Source: a virus (Duplodnaviria > Caudoviricetes). From it: a stretch of 64,000 nucleotides of DNA. The stretch lies in IMG/VR virus record IMGVR_UViG_3300028392_002123. One strand, 5' to 3'. Below, piece after piece: positions 26,389-34,982 of the stretch. The notes beneath the pieces are model-generated. The model saw only the letters and a list, made by a program, of their open reading frames with translations, was not told the DNA's origin and made no database searches. Made by a program: the position numbers and the translations under genes. Each line of letters begins with the position of its first letter. Position 1 is the stretch's first letter.

Positions 26389-28164
26389 TTATGCCTCCAC
26401 CATTTCTACATCTGTACTGAATGTTGTAAATCCATTTTCTTTGATAACCTGTAGAATGTTATTGACTCTACCTACAAGTTCGTCTCGGTGACTAATCAAA
26501 AATATGTTTTTATTTTGTTCCCTGGCCATCTTCTTAAGGATACCAAGGGCATTGTCAACTCCGTTTGCATCCATACCACTGTCAATCATTTCGTCGATGA
26601 ACAATAAATTAATAGGATGATTCAAACTTTCATAAACATCTCTAAATGCCCAACTTAATCCAAGAATAAGCCTATTGCGTTCTCCTCGACTCAGGTTATC
26701 AAAATCAAACTCCTGTCCTAGCTGTGTAATATCCACTTCTAAGTCACTTCGGAATTTAACTAAATGCGGTAAACTGAGTTTTTCTAGATAATGAGCAAGC
26801 CTATGATTTAAGTAGCTCAAATTTTGTTCGATAATACGTTTACGTACAAAACTATCTTTGGCAGTTAGCAATTTTAATAAAAATTCCTGATGTTCTAGTA
26901 ATTTAGTCAGCTTGTTCATAAGTTCAAAATTAATTTCTTCTAAAGCTGTATCTTTTAAGTGATCAATTTGCTCGATGTACGGATCCAAATCTAATGCTCG
27001 ACGCTCAATTTGATCCATGGCTGTTTCCAGTGTACTTTTGTGATTGACAGCATCGTCGATGTTATTATACTTGACATTTGGACGACGACCTATATTACCC
27101 AGTTTGCTAATAGCTTGATTAATTAGTTCAATCTCTTTTGTTTCGTTGACAAGATCTTTACGCAGAGATAACACAGCAGTTTGAATTTCTGCCATCATTT
27201 CTTCTTGCTTACTATCGTGAATTTCTTGACCACAAGCATGACATTGATGTGCTTCTGCTTTTGATTGTGCTTTTTCCAAATCGGAAATATTAGAACTTAG
27301 TCGTTTGACAGCACTTTGATGTGTGGCAATGTCTTTGTTAAATCTAGTCATCTGTGCATCTTGCTCTTTCCATAATGCCAATAGTTTATGGTTAGCAAGC
27401 TCTTGCTCGATGTCAATGTTTCTTAGCTCAGTGATGGCCGCACCTAGCTTTTCTATGTCTTCTTCTTGTTTTGCCTGCCATAGTCGACTGCGTCGTTCTA
27501 AATCTTCAATGCTGGCTTTGATTTTATTATTTGCATCACCCATGGCCTTGATTCGATATTCTTCTTCTTTAATCTCATCTTTGGTGCCTTTGATAAGATC
27601 TTTGAGTAGAACTGCTTTTTCACTGAGCTGTGTGATACCTAATAGTTGTTCAATGATTTCTCTTTGATCATTGGCCTTGAGACTAAGGAATGGCTCGGTG
27701 TATGTATTCAAAGCCGCAATATGTTTGAACATATCGTGGCTCATTCCAATAACACGCTCTATGTGTTCCTGTGTTTCTTTATTCTCGCCTTGTTGTTCTT
27801 CACTGTCTTGACTGTCAACTTGATTGTCGTTGATAATAAATTTTAGTACATTAGGCTTGCGACCTCGTTCTATTTTATAGTTAGTACCATTCAAATCAAA
27901 CTCGCAGGTAACTAACATATTTTTAGTGTTAGTCTTATTGATTAAATTATCCTTGCGAATGTTCGTCAGCGCATTGCCATACAGTACGTAACTTAGTGCG
28001 TTGACAATAGTAGTCTTGCCAGTGCCATTGCGACTGCCGTCTCCACCTAGGTCTAAGTTGTTACCTAGGACTAATGTTAGTCCATGTTGATCGAAGCGTA
28101 ATGCCTGTGTCACATTGCCCACAGACAAAAAGTTTTTAATTGTTAGATTTTTAATCTTAATCAT
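26389..28164 (-). CDS. gp46: SbcC/Rad50-like recombination ATPase (gp46)
   Basis: Walker A NGTGKT, zinc hook CHACG, signature LSRGE, Walker B LLFIDE, ISH. Confidence 0.95.
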   Translation of the reverse strand: MIKIKNLTIKNFLSVGNVTQALRFDQHGLTLVLGNNLDLGGDGSRNGTGKTTIVNALSYVLYGNALTNIRKDNLINKTNTKNMLVTCEFDLNGTNYKIERGRKPNVLKFIINDNQVDSQDSEEQQGENKETQEHIERVIGMSHDMFKHIAALNTYTEPFLSLKANDQREIIEQLLGITQLSEKAVLLKDLIKGTKDEIKEEEYRIKAMGDANNKIKASIEDLERRSRLWQAKQEEDIEKLGAAITELRNIDIEQELANHKLLALWKEQDAQMTRFNKDIATHQSAVKRLSSNISDLEKAQSKAEAHQCHACGQEIHDSKQEEMMAEIQTAVLSLRKDLVNETKEIELINQAISKLGNIGRRPNVKYNNIDDAVNHKSTLETAMDQIERRALDLDPYIEQIDHLKDTALEEINFELMNKLTKLLEHQEFLLKLLTAKDSFVRKRIIEQNLSYLNHRLAHYLEKLSLPHLVKFRSDLEVDITQLGQEFDFDNLSRGERNRLILGLSWAFRDVYESLNHPINLLFIDEMIDSGMDANGVDNALGILKKMAREQNKNIFLISHRDELVGRVNNILQVIKENGFTTFSTDVEMVEA

Positions 28165-28170
28165 ATGTTA

Positions 28171-29190
28171 TTATACATGAAGTTGATTATAAATGTCAAT
28201 GAGAACTTGACGATCGATTACTTCACTTTCGATTGCAGATAGCTGTGAAAGAACAATTTGATCTACACTTTCAAAATGTACATCGCCACTCCAATCCTGT
28301 GCATGTTCTTCTTTCTTAATAGGAATTAAACTAACTTCTCTTAGATTAAATGTTTCTTGCCAGCTTTCTTTGAGATAGTTGGCTTCTTCATAACTAATAT
28401 CAGCATCGCAGGTAATACGAATAAAAGTATTAGCATCCATGTATTTTTCCGGAGACTCGATCAATTTAGTAAGATCAATAGTTTTGAATTTTGGTGCATT
28501 AGGCCAAGCAATATACTCAGGCTGGCCACCAAACTCTAAGATCATCATGCCTCGATCGTCATCCCATGCATCGGCAAAATTATGCGGAAAAGCATTACCT
28601 GTATAAATTACATTGCCACGTTGTTGTCTTAGATGGAAATGTCCACTGAATACCATTTCTTGATTGGGAAAGTGTCCTGTGTTAAGACCTCCATGATCCG
28701 GCATTTCAACCATGGCGTTCATTTTAAAACTAGGCAGTTCAAAATGTCCAAAGACATATCTACTGTCCAGCTTTTTCATCTTGGTCCATTCGTCGCCGAC
28801 TAACCAAGGAACTAGGCTAACATCTCCTTCGGTATAAACGTCATTGACCAAAACAATGTTTTTTTGATTTTTGATAAATGGTACGCTGTTTAAGTCTCGC
28901 TTTTCACGATAGTACAAATCGTGATTGCCAGGAATGAAAAAGAAACGTTCAAAATGTTTACTGATATAATCAATGGCATCAACTGTGTAGTTTAATGTAC
29001 TGACATTAACAGTGGCTCTATGATGATGCCAGTCGCCCATAAAGATCGCTGTGTCGCAGTTATTTTCTTGAGCTGTTTTACAAAACCATTTAACAAACTC
29101 TGTACAATCTTCATTATGGGCTTTGCTGTTTTGTCTCATGCCAAAGTGAATGTCCGTAAACACGGCCGCTTTCTTAAACATATCGGTCAT
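28171..29190 (-). CDS. gp47: SbcD/Mre11-like nuclease (gp47)
   Basis: FTDIHFG, GDWHH, PGNHD, FGHFE, SGHFH metallophosphoesterase motifs. Confidence 0.95.
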   Translation of the reverse strand: MTDMFKKAAVFTDIHFGMRQNSKAHNEDCTEFVKWFCKTAQENNCDTAIFMGDWHHHRATVNVSTLNYTVDAIDYISKHFERFFFIPGNHDLYYREKRDLNSVPFIKNQKNIVLVNDVYTEGDVSLVPWLVGDEWTKMKKLDSRYVFGHFELPSFKMNAMVEMPDHGGLNTGHFPNQEMVFSGHFHLRQQRGNVIYTGNAFPHNFADAWDDDRGMMILEFGGQPEYIAWPNAPKFKTIDLTKLIESPEKYMDANTFIRITCDADISYEEANYLKESWQETFNLREVSLIPIKKEEHAQDWSGDVHFESVDQIVLSQLSAIESEVIDRQVLIDIYNQLHV

Positions 29191-30047
29191 TAATAATCCT
29201 CAGTTTTTAAACTAGCAATTCTGTCACGCTCTTCACGCATAACAGTTTCGTGTTCCATCTGTCTTGTAAAACTAGGACTTTGTCCGGTTTCGATTAATAA
29301 GTCGTCTCGAATCATTTGATTTTTCTTTTCAATATTAAGGATGCGAGTGAAGCTGTTGTCAATAGCGGCAGTATAATACGCAAAAGGGTTCTGCGATTTT
29401 GATTCATCAAATTGTAATCCTATCTGTGATAATTGTAACAGAGCTTGACTACGCATTTCATCTACGTAGGTATAACCACGCCAGTTAAAACGCATACTGT
29501 ATCGTTCAACTAACAACATAAAACTCTTGGCCAGCTTGTTGGTCATAGTGCCATGATCTAAACGAAATTCTCCAGTTTCGACGTCGCCCTTCCAATGACT
29601 CTTGCCCACACAAACCAGTTTGTCGTCGCTGTCAAATTTAAAATGTTGATATGGAGGAAAATTTACTTTGGTATGATGATCGCCTCGACTTTTAGGAGTC
29701 TTTTTCCTGCCCGGTTCCAAGGGAATATGATCATGTGTCATTATCCTAAAAATAACGTCTGACTTGGGAATTTTTTTGTAGTCGATTTCTACATCAGGCA
29801 GTCTTAATTTCGGATTTGATTTCTGAGCCTCTGTTAATGCAATTTGACTTAGTTTTAAAGCTCGCACACGTTTTGCTTCAGCAGTGGTACGCACGTTGAT
29901 TTTGCTTAAATCGGGTAAGATTAAATCGTAGTCGGCACACTCTGGGCTAGTGTAAGAACTATATCTGTTTTTACTCAAATGTAGTTCTTTGAGTAATTCT
30001 TTATTGGTTAGGTATTGTTTTGCAACAAGTTTGTTTGTAGGATCCAT
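29190..30047 (-). CDS. gp55: late-transcription sigma factor (gp55-like)
   Basis: YLTNKELLKE; NWRGYTYVDEM...FDESKSQNPFAYYTAAIDNSFTRILNIEKKNQ; upstream of gp47-gp46 as in T4-like phages. Confidence 0.85.
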   Translation of the reverse strand: MDPTNKLVAKQYLTNKELLKELHLSKNRYSSYTSPECADYDLILPDLSKINVRTTAEAKRVRALKLSQIALTEAQKSNPKLRLPDVEIDYKKIPKSDVIFRIMTHDHIPLEPGRKKTPKSRGDHHTKVNFPPYQHFKFDSDDKLVCVGKSHWKGDVETGEFRLDHGTMTNKLAKSFMLLVERYSMRFNWRGYTYVDEMRSQALLQLSQIGLQFDESKSQNPFAYYTAAIDNSFTRILNIEKKNQMIRDDLLIETGQSPSFTRQMEHETVMREERDRIASLKTEDY

Positions 30048-30054
30048 AGCGTAT

Positions 30055-30084
30055 AGTATAACAAAAAAATAGAAGTAAAGTCAA
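30055..30084 (-). promoter_or_regulatory. sigma70-type promoter of gp55
   Basis: TTGACT-N18-TATACT with TGn extension; the -10 box ends 7 nt before the ATG. Confidence 0.7.
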
Positions 30085-30125
30085 CCTTTACTGGTAAAAA
30101 TGATTATCAGATACTTTAATTACAC

Positions 30126-30133
30126 GATAAATA
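30126..30133 (+). promoter_or_regulatory. late promoter GATAAATA, 5 nt before ATG
   Basis: GATAAATA-TCTAT-ATG(30139). Confidence 0.7.
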
Positions 30134-30138
30134 TCTAT

Positions 30139-30837
30139 ATGAGTGTATATTTAATATGTAATAATCCTATTGCCGGCTTGAATCGATTGGACTTTCCGTA
30201 TACTCCACAAATCGATTACAGCCAAGACGTTAAGCATGATATTTATGGTTTGACACATACCAACTATCAGCCCTATGCATACACACGAAGTGAGAATCCA
30301 ACTATTGGAATGTCCTGCAAATTCAGTGCCCATACAGAATCTCATTTTAAGGTTGCCGAACAAGCATTAAGATTTTTAAGAACTTATTCCAAAATGAACT
30401 ATGGACGAAATGATGCACAGCGCGGCCTACCTCCAAGGATTTTAAATTTCTTTGCTTACGGAGCAACGGTGTTTAATGATGTACCTGTTTATCTTTCAAA
30501 ATTTAGTATGGTATTTCCCGAAGATATTGACTATGTCACAGGAACATTTGATTCGAAAGGACAGCTAGTATCAAGCTCTAGAATCAAGGATGCTCCATCA
30601 GGAGTGCAGGTAAGAGACCCCGGAGTAGCCAGTACCCAAGTACAAAATCAAGATGCTACTGGTGCAACTAGTACAGCCGGTGATATAAAGAATAATCAAA
30701 CATATCAAATATCTTTGCCTATTTTATTTACAGTAAATATATCTTTGATAGTACAGCAAAATTTACATAAAACTGTAAATGAATTTACACTGGATAAATT
30801 TGCCACTGGTGAATTGATGGCCAAAGGATATATCTGA
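30139..30837 (+). CDS. baseplate/tail-tube initiator-like protein (gp48/gp54-like)
   Basis: FPYTPQIDYSQ...THTNY...; LPPRILNFFAYG...FNDVPV; first gene of the baseplate operon. Confidence 0.6.
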   Translation: MSVYLICNNPIAGLNRLDFPYTPQIDYSQDVKHDIYGLTHTNYQPYAYTRSENPTIGMSCKFSAHTESHFKVAEQALRFLRTYSKMNYGRNDAQRGLPPRILNFFAYGATVFNDVPVYLSKFSMVFPEDIDYVTGTFDSKGQLVSSSRIKDAPSGVQVRDPGVASTQVQNQDATGATSTAGDIKNNQTYQISLPILFTVNISLIVQQNLHKTVNEFTLDKFATGELMAKGYI

Positions 30838-31142
30838 TGACAGCAGTTTATGACAGAAAGAGTTATCTCAGCGATACTCCCATAAGAAGCTTTTATCTTG
30901 ACGTGGCAAAAATGCCCAGCATGATAGGAGTCACCGGAAAGTATGTTATTGTTCCACCTGAATGTGAAAATAGAATAGATTTATTTTCTTATCAACAATA
31001 TGGTAGCAGTAGGTATTGGTGGATGATAGCCTTGGCCAATGCAGACGCTATAAAAGATCCTGTATGGGATTTCCACAGTGGTATGCAATTATTAGTGCCC
31101 GACAAGTCCAAGATCTTAGATGAATTTTCTACGTTGAGGTAA
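30837..31142 (+). CDS. baseplate wedge protein (gp53-like)
   Basis: ENRIDLFSYQQYGSSRYWWMIALANAD.IKDPVWDF..G..L.VP. Confidence 0.75.
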   Translation: MTAVYDRKSYLSDTPIRSFYLDVAKMPSMIGVTGKYVIVPPECENRIDLFSYQQYGSSRYWWMIALANADAIKDPVWDFHSGMQLLVPDKSKILDEFSTLR

Positions 31143-31146
31143 GCAA

Positions 31147-31962
31147 ATGCCAGACTACAGTAGCAAATATAATATAGGTTTTATACGCAACAGTCCAGTA
31201 CAATGGCAAAATAGTCAAAACGGCGGCAAGGGCTATGTTGAATTTGCAGGCTGGGACGCCGGTGTGCGAGCAAATACATTAAATGCACAGGCCAAACTTA
31301 AAGGTACTCCGGGTCAAGGCGGCTATACAATTATCAATGAAAACAATCAAAAAGAAACTGTTAATCCTAACTTAGGCAATGGCTATGCAGACTTACCCGG
31401 ACTTACTAGAATTAATACTCCTCCGCGAACAAGCAGTGGCGGAATTGAAAACGATGGTGCATTTAGAGGTAAAAATGGTCAGCCTGGATCAGATGCTTAT
31501 AATTACGGGCAATACTATGCCAACGTTAAGAATGGTATGACCGACTATATAAACGATCCTGCCAGCGGATATAGTGCCGAAGACAAACAACGCATACTAA
31601 ATGACTTACAAAGTAATCGATTAAATTCAAATGATCCAAAATCAATGGAAGCATATAATGCTGGTATTATGAGATCGGAACATAGTTCATCTGACTATAA
31701 AGATTTTTTAGCAAATAGAGACAAAGTTAGAGATGGAGTTCAAGCGGCCCTGGGTAATAAGGTATTAGACAATAGTCCTCCTCCTAACAATCCAGGCTCC
31801 GGTGTACCTGACAAGTATAAACCGCAGAAACCGCAACCGGAAAAAGATCCTATTAATGATATAGTTAAACAAAAAGAAAACGAAGCTTGGCGTAAAAAGA
31901 ACATGGAAAGAATAATGAGAATGGCCGGACAGGAAAACGTATTGAATAGGTTGAATCAGTAA
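31147..31962 (+). CDS. hypothetical protein; possibly the N-terminal part of the following hub gene
   Basis: 271-aa Gly/Asn-rich ORF; TAATG overlap with the next ORF. Confidence 0.6.
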   Translation: MPDYSSKYNIGFIRNSPVQWQNSQNGGKGYVEFAGWDAGVRANTLNAQAKLKGTPGQGGYTIINENNQKETVNPNLGNGYADLPGLTRINTPPRTSSGGIENDGAFRGKNGQPGSDAYNYGQYYANVKNGMTDYINDPASGYSAEDKQRILNDLQSNRLNSNDPKSMEAYNAGIMRSEHSSSDYKDFLANRDKVRDGVQAALGNKVLDNSPPPNNPGSGVPDKYKPQKPQPEKDPINDIVKQKENEAWRKKNMERIMRMAGQENVLNRLNQ

Positions 31963-34900
31963 TGTACTACGCAAGATTAACACAGATAAAAACCAATGAT
32001 ATTGGGACCATGGATCCGGGTCGAGGTAAAATTATTTGTGAAACTGCCGCTACCGGCAAGTTTATTATCAATGACATTAATTGGAAAAGTGCTGTTGCTC
32101 CTAACGCAGAAACATTTACTGCTTATTTGGTAGAAGGAGAACTTAAGATAGTAGAACCTTTGGGATCTAGATTTTTAGATTATCTTCGATTTGCCGCAAT
32201 AGACTTGGGAATTATCAATCACTTAGATGCTAGATATTTGTTAGAGATTGAATTCATAAGCCAGGAAACAATTGATCAACCCGCAATAAAATATATTTGG
32301 CCTATTATGTTTATCAGTACCGAAGGCCATATAAATGAAAAAGGCAGTGAGTATACAATTAAATTTGTTCATTGTGCTCAACATGCAATGAACAGTCAGG
32401 TGCAGCCGATTAAAGAAACGGCCACGGTCAATGATGTCGAAACTCTGGGAAAATATTTTCAAGGCTTGGCCACAGTTTTAGAAAGACAGGAATTTGTCTA
32501 TGCCAAGGCAGGACAAAAAGCAGGCAAAGGCACACCATGGCCCGGAGGAGATCATCCAGCAGCCAGTGATAACTTCCACGATGAATATTATTTTGTAGTA
32601 GATCCTAGAATGGAAAATTGGACCTTTACTACTAAGGGCAAGGCCGATGCTATTAAAAAAGGCGGCTGGTTTGGACTAAGCACTAGTAAATTTAACATTG
32701 AAGCAAGAGCCGGTACTACCTTAAACGCACAGATAACCAAAGTATTGTCCAGTACCAATGAAGCAGATAGTTTGTACACTGAAAATTATAATGCCACTGG
32801 ACAAGGTCAAAAAGCCAACAGCGGTAATACTAGTCCTGATAGATTAAAAGAAATCATGGGCAAGATTTATAATTTTGTTCGAGTTGAAACATATACAGTT
32901 TATAAAAGCTATGATTATATACGTGGAAGATACGCATGTAAACATGTATTCTTTTTATGGTTAGCCTTAGAACCAAAAATGTATCAATATCCCGATGAGT
33001 TAGATGTTTTAAGTTTACCTGAAAATAGAAAATTAGTTTTAAACAAACTCAAAGCTTATATTCAAGAAGGCCTGTTGTCTAAGTGGTATTATTTTAGTTA
33101 CACTGGTTTGAATACAGAAGTTCTGAAGTTAGATATTGAGTTAAATCAAGCATACTATTTGCCCAGCTTTCCGGTGATCTGGGCCGATAGAGGAAAAACA
33201 GGCCTTGGCGAAATAAATCCCTGGGTCAACAGCAATAAACGATTAAGTCCATTTGCTGTATCGGATAATATGATAGTTCTTAATTCACGTATACAACAAC
33301 TAGAACAAGAACTAAGACAGATAAAAAGTCAAAAACAAGATTCGGGAACTGCACTGAGAATAGCCGCAAAAGAAAAAGCACTATCAGAAGCCACAGCGGC
33401 CCGTGATGCAAAAACATCTGCGTCAAATGGAACAACTAGTACTGCCGGTGCTACCAGCAGGGAAGCATTATTGGCGGCATTGTCTGGATTATACATTGAA
33501 GACATTGATTATCGAGAAGGCCTTAAGACCAGTTTAGAGTTAGCTGAAAATTATCCCTCATTGAGACCTATGATGGCTCCAGACGGTTTTATATCATTGG
33601 CCGACAATCCACGTGCCGAAGCCGAACGTATCATGGATAAAATTTTTAATGTAGCACTTCAAGCCAAAGATTTATTGAACTTAGACATGGAAGTTAGAGG
33701 AGATCCCTATTGGTTTGGACCTCCCAACCTAGGATTCGCTGGCAAGAAAGCATTGATGGAAATAGAAATGCCACCGGCCATGAAAGATAAAATTGTAAAC
33801 AAACTAACTGAAATAGATCCAACATTTCCTGATCGAGGATATAATTGGGGAGAGTCTATAGATAATCATGCAAATTATTATAAGGGCGGGAACCTTGTCT
33901 ACTTACATGTACAGTTACCTAACACAGACAGTACTGCTGATAATCAAAACATGACCTTTGACATCAACGACAGCGTTATAGGTATATATCAAATTTTATT
34001 TGTTGAAAGTTATTTCAGGGATGGAAGATTCACTCAACGAATAAAAGGTGTTAGAGATTTAACAATACCTAGTCAGTTTATTCCTAGAAGTAATGTCAAT
34101 GAAGTAACTGCCAGCGGCAGTCCCACAGACACTACATGGGAAACATTTGTCAAGAGTTCGTTGGAAAGTGATAGACGTGCTGTGGATGATATGAGAGAAC
34201 ATCGTATACAAGCTAACACAGAAAGAATGGAACAGCAAGTTGGTCTAGGCGTTGGCGCACTAACCGGAGAACAAGGTATGGGTGCCGCTGGTAGAGCACC
34301 TAGTAAAATGGCCACAGGCTTGGACGAAGATATAGCCACTGCCAAGACACGTTATGATCTTGCAAGATCTAAGGCAGATTTGCCCACTGTTAAAAATCCA
34401 GTGGAAAATGCAGAACAACTGGTCAAAGACGGATACAGTAAAGATCAGGCTTATAAAATAGCCGCCGATCAATGGGAAAAAGATAAAGCAGACTATTTTG
34501 GCAAGTTAAATCAAGTTACAAAAGATACTTACAAAGGCACCAACGAACAAGACATTACAAAGTATCGTCCCTATGATGCAGACGCCATGTCAAAGGTTGC
34601 CGGCGACGGCGGTCTAGAAGATTGGAAACGTGGCAACACGCAACGTCCTGGTCCATGGGCATTGAACAATCCAGCTGGACTTGGCCAGGACGTTAAAACT
34701 GGCAGATATTATCAGTATCCTACATTAGAAGATGGGCTACGAGCGCAACATGAATATTATAATTATGGCATTGGTGTGCCTGTTGGCAGTACCAGTGCTG
34801 GCGGTACAAAATTGCCAGATAGATATTTGTTGCCCACTGAACAAACAACCTATGATCACAGTATCCTAACAGGGCAATATAAAGCAACAGGCACACAGCC

Positions 34901-34982
34901 AGTGACATATAATACACAGCAACAAGTTGATTATATAAAACAACAAAACAATCCTAGACTAGCATCAGGAGGGAAACGATAA
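31962..34982 (+). CDS. large baseplate hub-like protein
   Basis: 1006 aa between gp53-like and gp5-like genes; LNLDMEVRGDPYW and GIYQILFVESYFRDGRFTQRI hub motifs. Confidence 0.65.
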   Translation: MYYARLTQIKTNDIGTMDPGRGKIICETAATGKFIINDINWKSAVAPNAETFTAYLVEGELKIVEPLGSRFLDYLRFAAIDLGIINHLDARYLLEIEFISQETIDQPAIKYIWPIMFISTEGHINEKGSEYTIKFVHCAQHAMNSQVQPIKETATVNDVETLGKYFQGLATVLERQEFVYAKAGQKAGKGTPWPGGDHPAASDNFHDEYYFVVDPRMENWTFTTKGKADAIKKGGWFGLSTSKFNIEARAGTTLNAQITKVLSSTNEADSLYTENYNATGQGQKANSGNTSPDRLKEIMGKIYNFVRVETYTVYKSYDYIRGRYACKHVFFLWLALEPKMYQYPDELDVLSLPENRKLVLNKLKAYIQEGLLSKWYYFSYTGLNTEVLKLDIELNQAYYLPSFPVIWADRGKTGLGEINPWVNSNKRLSPFAVSDNMIVLNSRIQQLEQELRQIKSQKQDSGTALRIAAKEKALSEATAARDAKTSASNGTTSTAGATSREALLAALSGLYIEDIDYREGLKTSLELAENYPSLRPMMAPDGFISLADNPRAEAERIMDKIFNVALQAKDLLNLDMEVRGDPYWFGPPNLGFAGKKALMEIEMPPAMKDKIVNKLTEIDPTFPDRGYNWGESIDNHANYYKGGNLVYLHVQLPNTDSTADNQNMTFDINDSVIGIYQILFVESYFRDGRFTQRIKGVRDLTIPSQFIPRSNVNEVTASGSPTDTTWETFVKSSLESDRRAVDDMREHRIQANTERMEQQVGLGVGALTGEQGMGAAGRAPSKMATGLDEDIATAKTRYDLARSKADLPTVKNPVENAEQLVKDGYSKDQAYKIAADQWEKDKADYFGKLNQVTKDTYKGTNEQDITKYRPYDADAMSKVAGDGGLEDWKRGNTQRPGPWALNNPAGLGQDVKTGRYYQYPTLEDGLRAQHEYYNYGIGVPVGSTSAGGTKLPDRYLLPTEQTTYDHSILTGQYKATGTQPVTYNTQQQVDYIKQQNNPRLASGGKR

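Noticed and set aside
15171-29190. Introns or inteins in core genes (gp20, gp23, gp46, gp47)
   Set aside because: Lengths and motif spacing look normal; no intein or intron signatures.
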